Shown piece by piece: positions 60,541 through 64,000 of a DNA stretch of 64,000 nucleotides. Position 1 is the first letter of the stretch. Each line of letters starts with the position of its first letter. Source of the stretch: an uncultured Sangeribacter sp. (lineage in GTDB: Bacteria; Bacteroidota; Bacteroidia; Bacteroidales; Muribaculaceae). Below the pieces are notes generated by a model. That model was given only the letters and a program-made list of their open reading frames with translations. It was not told the DNA's origin and made no database searches. The translations under genes and the position numbers were made by a program. The stretch lies in the NCBI GenBank assembly GCA_964400325.1, contig CAYNUE010000001.1, positions 49,867 to 113,866 on the forward strand. Reading direction: 5' to 3'.

Positions 60541-61011
60541 ATGAGTGAAGTAGAACTGCTCATTTTGGATCAAACCGAGAACTGTACAGTGTATACTATA
60601 CACTTCCTATCCGATGATCTGAATGAGTTTGAGAAATTTGTTGCTAAGTTTCAGGCCGATGGTGAACTGAATAAGGATTTCCGTATCATTGCCAAGTTCA
60701 TTGATCAGATTCTTGACTTTGGTGCATTAGAAAGATATTTCCGTCCAGAAGGTAAGATAAAAGATTCAGTTGTTGCTCTTCCAACATTGCGGTCAAAGCT
60801 CCGTCTTTATGGATTGCGTCTGTCTGATCGAATTCTTATACTTGGTAATGGAGGGTAAAAGAAAACGCGTACTTATGATGAAGATAACAGTTTGAAGAGA
60901 TACGTCCTCACCTTGCAGCGTTTTGAAGAATTGCTTAAGGAAGGCGTAGCTGATGGTAGTATCATAATTACAGAAAGCGAGATTGAAACCGATAAAACTT
61001 TTGAAATATGA
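60541..61011 (+). pseudogene. RelE/HigB-like toxin gene with internal nonsense codon
   Basis: KLRLYGLRL...ILGNGG*KKTRTY; the frame stays open to TGA 61011, which overlaps the ATG of the XRE gene. Confidence 0.65.
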
Positions 61012-61274
61012 AAAGAGCAAAGACTTCTCTTAGAGAACTTCTGAGCGACATAACACCCGAAGAGAAGGCTGAGGCACGACTGTCATTTCAGATTTCCAAT
61101 CGTCTTGACTTACTTATGCGAGAAAAAGGACTTTCGAAGAAGCAGCTTGCTGAGGCCATAGGGAAACGTCCGAGTGAGATTACCCGTTGGCTTAGTGGAG
61201 AGCATAACTTCACTATTTCTACCCTTGCAATGTTATCTTCTTTCTTCGGGCAACCGATTATTGAGGTTTCATAA
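61008..61274 (+). CDS. XRE/HigA-like HTH antitoxin
   Basis: GLSKKQLAEAIGKRPSEITRWLSGEHNFTISTL. Confidence 0.85.
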   Translation: MKRAKTSLRELLSDITPEEKAEARLSFQISNRLDLLMREKGLSKKQLAEAIGKRPSEITRWLSGEHNFTISTLAMLSSFFGQPIIEVS

Positions 61275-61468
61275 TAACTGCATAGCTTTTGATTGGATAT
61301 ACATTTCCAAAAACGTATTTAAAAACTGTTTAAATTCGATTCAATAAAATTTTATGGCAGCTGAATCAATCATCTCTTCGCTTATCTTAGGTAACTTTGA
61401 ATTTTAAATTTAAACAGTTACTTATACTTGTTATTTAAATATCATATACAAATAATAGCTCAATAAAT

Positions 61469-61503
61469 AAATCTGCCTCTTAAAAACTCTAAGGGGCAGA
61501 TTT
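61469..61503. terminator. Intrinsic terminator
   Basis: AAATCTGCCTCTTA...TAAGGGGCAGATTT. Confidence 0.55.
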
Positions 61504-61555
61504 GTAACTATACTCAAATTTTCGGTCGCAGTCGGTAGTAGGGTTTGTGGACCAC

Positions 61556-62006
61556 TTATTTATTGAGAAGCCATCGCCAAGCAGGAATTACATGAATCTT
61601 TTTTTCATCATGGGTAGTTATTTCTTCCTGATGGTCAGCGGTGATAATCAGGATATTATTACAGTCTGTGGCGTTAGATGCTTCTATAAGGCCATTGATT
61701 TCTCTTTCGCGGGTTGACTCTTCACTCATATCCCATGTGACTTGTATCAGTTGAGCAATTTTAACACCGCGTTGAACTACAAAATCACATTCTCCTTTAC
61801 CTTGATAATAGTATATTTTGTCAATAGCTGTAAGTTGCCGATAAAGTTGCAAGAACACCGTATTTTCAAGTTTCTTGCCGTCGTCATCACTTTGAGGTAA
61901 AAGAACGGCGTCTCTCAGACCATTGTCAATGCAATAGTAGTTTCAAGTCGGTCGGGAACTCCGCCTGACGCATCGCTATTTGTGATTTTATATACAGTTT
62001 ATCCAT
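61556..62006 (-). pseudogene. Internally deleted AAA_14/DUF4143 ATP-binding protein remnant
   Basis: Retains YYCIDNGL...LENTVFLQL...ECDFVV...QV...REINGL (DUF4143 end) and a probable start at 62006, but no P-loop. Confidence 0.7.
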
Positions 62007-62008
62007 AC

Positions 62009-62140
62009 TGTCCTAAATTTAAGGACAAATATAGTGCTTTTTGTCCTAAATTTAAGGACAACATGGTAAATATTATCTATAGTTTAATATAAAGCTATTA
62101 AGTTACCGAGAGAGCGATAATAGTTTAATATAAAGCTATT
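62009..62140. repeat. Two pairs of near-palindromic direct repeats
   Basis: TGTCCTAAATTTAAGGACA at 62009 and 62042; ATAGTTTAATATAAAGCTATT at 62079 and 62120. Confidence 0.8.
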
Positions 62141-62260
62141 GTGGCATATTTTATGCTGTTAATATTTTAACTGGAGATTTATAGTAACCCTAGGCATTTC
62201 AATCAGGTATTTACATTGACCCATAATTAAGTACTCATTGCAGGAAGGGTTTAAAATAAA

Positions 62261-62287
62261 ATAACCTGCTGATTTTCAGCAGGTTAT
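62261..62287 (-). terminator. Terminator downstream of tRNA-Ser
   Basis: ATAACCTGCTGA-ttt-TCAGCAGGTTAT followed by a T-rich tract on the minus strand. Confidence 0.75.
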
Positions 62288-62290
62288 AAG

Positions 62291-62377
62291 CGGAAAGACA
62301 GGGATTCGAACCCTGGGTACCCGTAAGGGTACAACGGTTTTCGAGACCGTCCCGATCGACCACTCCGGCATCTTTCC
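62291..62377 (-). tRNA. tRNA-Ser(CGA)
   Basis: GGAAAGA/TCTTTCC acceptor stem, anticodon arm ACGGT-CTCGAAA-ACCGT, long variable arm, GGTTCGAATCC T-loop, G discriminator; CCA not encoded. Confidence 0.96.
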
Positions 62378-62530
62378 TTGGTCGTTTCTGATAGCGAGTG
62401 CAAAGGTAGGCATTATTTTTGAGACTGCAAGGGCTTGAAAACGATTTTTTGATTTTTTGTGTCAATAAGAAGGGGTGGGGAAAGGTGCTGTCTGTAGCGA
62501 AGGGAGGAGGTGAGGAGAGAGGTGAGTGGG

Positions 62531-63427
62531 TCAGACGAGACGGCCAATCCAGCTGTCGCGGTCACCAGGCAAGAAATCGATAGGTGGAATCTCAATCATG
62601 GTGTAGGCACCGGGTTGTAGGCGGAATGTGGCACGGGCAGCACATACAAGAACCTGTGCGGTGAGGGCCGGGTTGTTGATGTGCATGTCGAATTGAAATA
62701 GCTGATTGTGAGTGCGTCCAGATACACCTTTGCGTATCATATTGACACCGTGGCCGACGTCGTTGAGGGCTTTGACGCTTTCGACAGCCATGACATGGGT
62801 TTCGTCATGTGCGAAATAGGGGTCAGCTTTGATTGCGCTGGCAACGGTTTCGAGGTCATGACCGGGTTCGAGTTCTACGTAGACCATGCGGCGATGTATG
62901 CCTGTACCGAGGGGTATGGTCATGGAGAGTGCGTCGCGTACGCCGGGGATAGCTTTAACGGCAACGGTGTGGCCCATTGAACGGCCAGGACCAAAATTGG
63001 TGTAGGTGATGCCTTCAGGAGCAATGGCTTCGAGAAGTGTGCGTACTACTGAGTCACTTCCGGGATCCCAACCTGCTGAGATGACGGCAACAGTGCCGTA
63101 GGTGTGAGCTACTTCGTTGAGTGAACGACGGAGATTGGGAATGTCAGTGTGGATGTCGAAGCTGTCAACAGTGTTGATGCCCTTGGCAAGGAGTTGACGT
63201 GCGTGGGTTTCGACCTGGCGGGTTGGGGTTGCTAAGATGGCAACGTCTACTTGGGTGAGTTCATCTACTGAGGCGACTACAGGGATTGAGGAGGGAATGT
63301 TGTCGCGGTCTGAGGGGTTACGGCGAACGACACCGGCTATTTCAAAGTCGGGGGCTTCAAGAAGTGCTTCGAGAGTGTAACGGCCGATATTGCCGTAGCC
63401 AATAATGGCAGCGCGGATTTTTTCCAT
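62531..63427 (-). CDS. ddh: meso-diaminopimelate D-dehydrogenase
   Basis: GYGNIG, NTVDSFDIH, SAGWDPGSDS, TNFGPGRSMGH, NNPALTAQ. Confidence 0.95.
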   Translation of the reverse strand: MEKIRAAIIGYGNIGRYTLEALLEAPDFEIAGVVRRNPSDRDNIPSSIPVVASVDELTQVDVAILATPTRQVETHARQLLAKGINTVDSFDIHTDIPNLRRSLNEVAHTYGTVAVISAGWDPGSDSVVRTLLEAIAPEGITYTNFGPGRSMGHTVAVKAIPGVRDALSMTIPLGTGIHRRMVYVELEPGHDLETVASAIKADPYFAHDETHVMAVESVKALNDVGHGVNMIRKGVSGRTHNQLFQFDMHINNPALTAQVLVCAARATFRLQPGAYTMIEIPPIDFLPGDRDSWIGRLV

Positions 63428-63476
63428 AAAAATTTATGCTATGGGGTAAAACAATTGTGAAAGCCGGGGTTGGAAA

Positions 63477-63664
63477 GCGAGCTAAAGCTCGCACACGGAA
63501 CCAGGAGGCGGGAGGTGCTGGCGCAGTGGGAGGGGAGGCGAGAGGGCAGGCGAGCTAAAGCTCGCACACAGAACCAGGAGGCGAGAGAGGCTGGCGTAGT
63601 GGGAGGGGAGACATGAGGGAAGGAGGGAAGGCGAGCTAAAGCTCGCGCACAGAACCAGGAGGCG
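63477..63664. repeat. Three copies of a 34-bp REP-like unit in a purine-rich tandem repeat
   Basis: GCGAGCTAAAGCTCGC(a/g)CAC(g/a)GAACCAGGAGGCG at 63477, 63550 and 63631; each contains the hairpin GCGAGC-TAAA-GCTCGC. Confidence 0.8.
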
Positions 63665-64000
63665 ACAGCAGGGAGGGATTAGGGGCTGGCGCAGTGGAAG
63701 GGAAGGCGAGAGGGGGAGGGGGAAGAGCAGCGAGGCGGAGGGAGGGGTGGTGAGGAAGATGAGGTGCGAGGGAGGGAGGAGAGGGTTGTATCATTTGTTA
63801 GAACAGCGGGGAAAGTAAAAAGGATATGAGATTTGAGGGTTGTGTGGGAAAAAATGAGTAATTTTGCGGTGTTTCTACGGGCAGAGTGGTTAATTGAGCC
63901 CTCTGAGTATGTATAGTTAAGGATAAGTGTGACAGAAATGTGTCCAAGACTATAGATAATATACATTTTGCTATAGATGGTGTATTTTAGATGACATACT

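Noticed and set aside
59652-61011. Stop-codon reassignment or programmed readthrough (two in-frame TAA codons in adjacent genes)
   Set aside because: TAA terminates many ordinary genes in this window, and neighbouring genes are also decayed; simple pseudogenisation explains it.
47200-62291. Intact integrative element or prophage at tRNA-Ser
   Set aside because: I saw no integrase, relaxase, conjugation or phage genes, and no duplicated tRNA 3' end by eye.
62235-62465. 76-aa ORF
   Set aside because: It overlaps tRNA-Ser and is spurious.
63477-63664. CRISPR array (34-bp palindromic repeats with 39- and 47-nt gaps)
   Set aside because: The spacers resemble each other (GCTGGCG.AGTGG.AGGG), differ in length and are low-complexity; no cas genes are nearby. 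It is a tandem/REP-like repeat.

Overview
A 64 kb window from a Bacteroidales chromosome, probably Muribaculaceae-like, judged from TAnnTTTG promoters, OmpA, a T9SS-type esterase tail and ddh. Housekeeping and accessory genes are interleaved with four conflict or signalling loci. (1) A Menshen-type DUF262 / DUF3696-ATPase / effector trio at 2.9-6.4 kb, whose effector ends in a colicin E3-like D-x-x-H...LE motif. (2) An AT-rich extended TerY-P locus at 22.4-33.9 kb: TerY-C, kinase, vWA, PP2C, a 1500-aa methyltransferase-RecQ fusion, a coiled-coil membrane protein, a second vWA, a DUF1848 radical-SAM-like protein and a TM-TPR protein. (3) A caspase-clan protease operon (anchored metacaspase plus TM-TPR-CHAT) divergent from an ECF sigma/anti-sigma pair at 33.9-41.2 kb. 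(4) A LytTR-FHA-caspase-four Hanks kinase-PP2C cluster at 47.5-59.4 kb. Its kinases share a conserved catalytic domain but carry swapped C-termini, and most of its proteins carry an acidic T-x-x-[ILV] candidate FHA-docking motif. Locus 4 is followed by decayed genes and the 3' end of tRNA-Ser(CGA). I found no CRISPR array, integrase or reverse transcriptase. All family assignments come from motif recognition by eye, not database searches.
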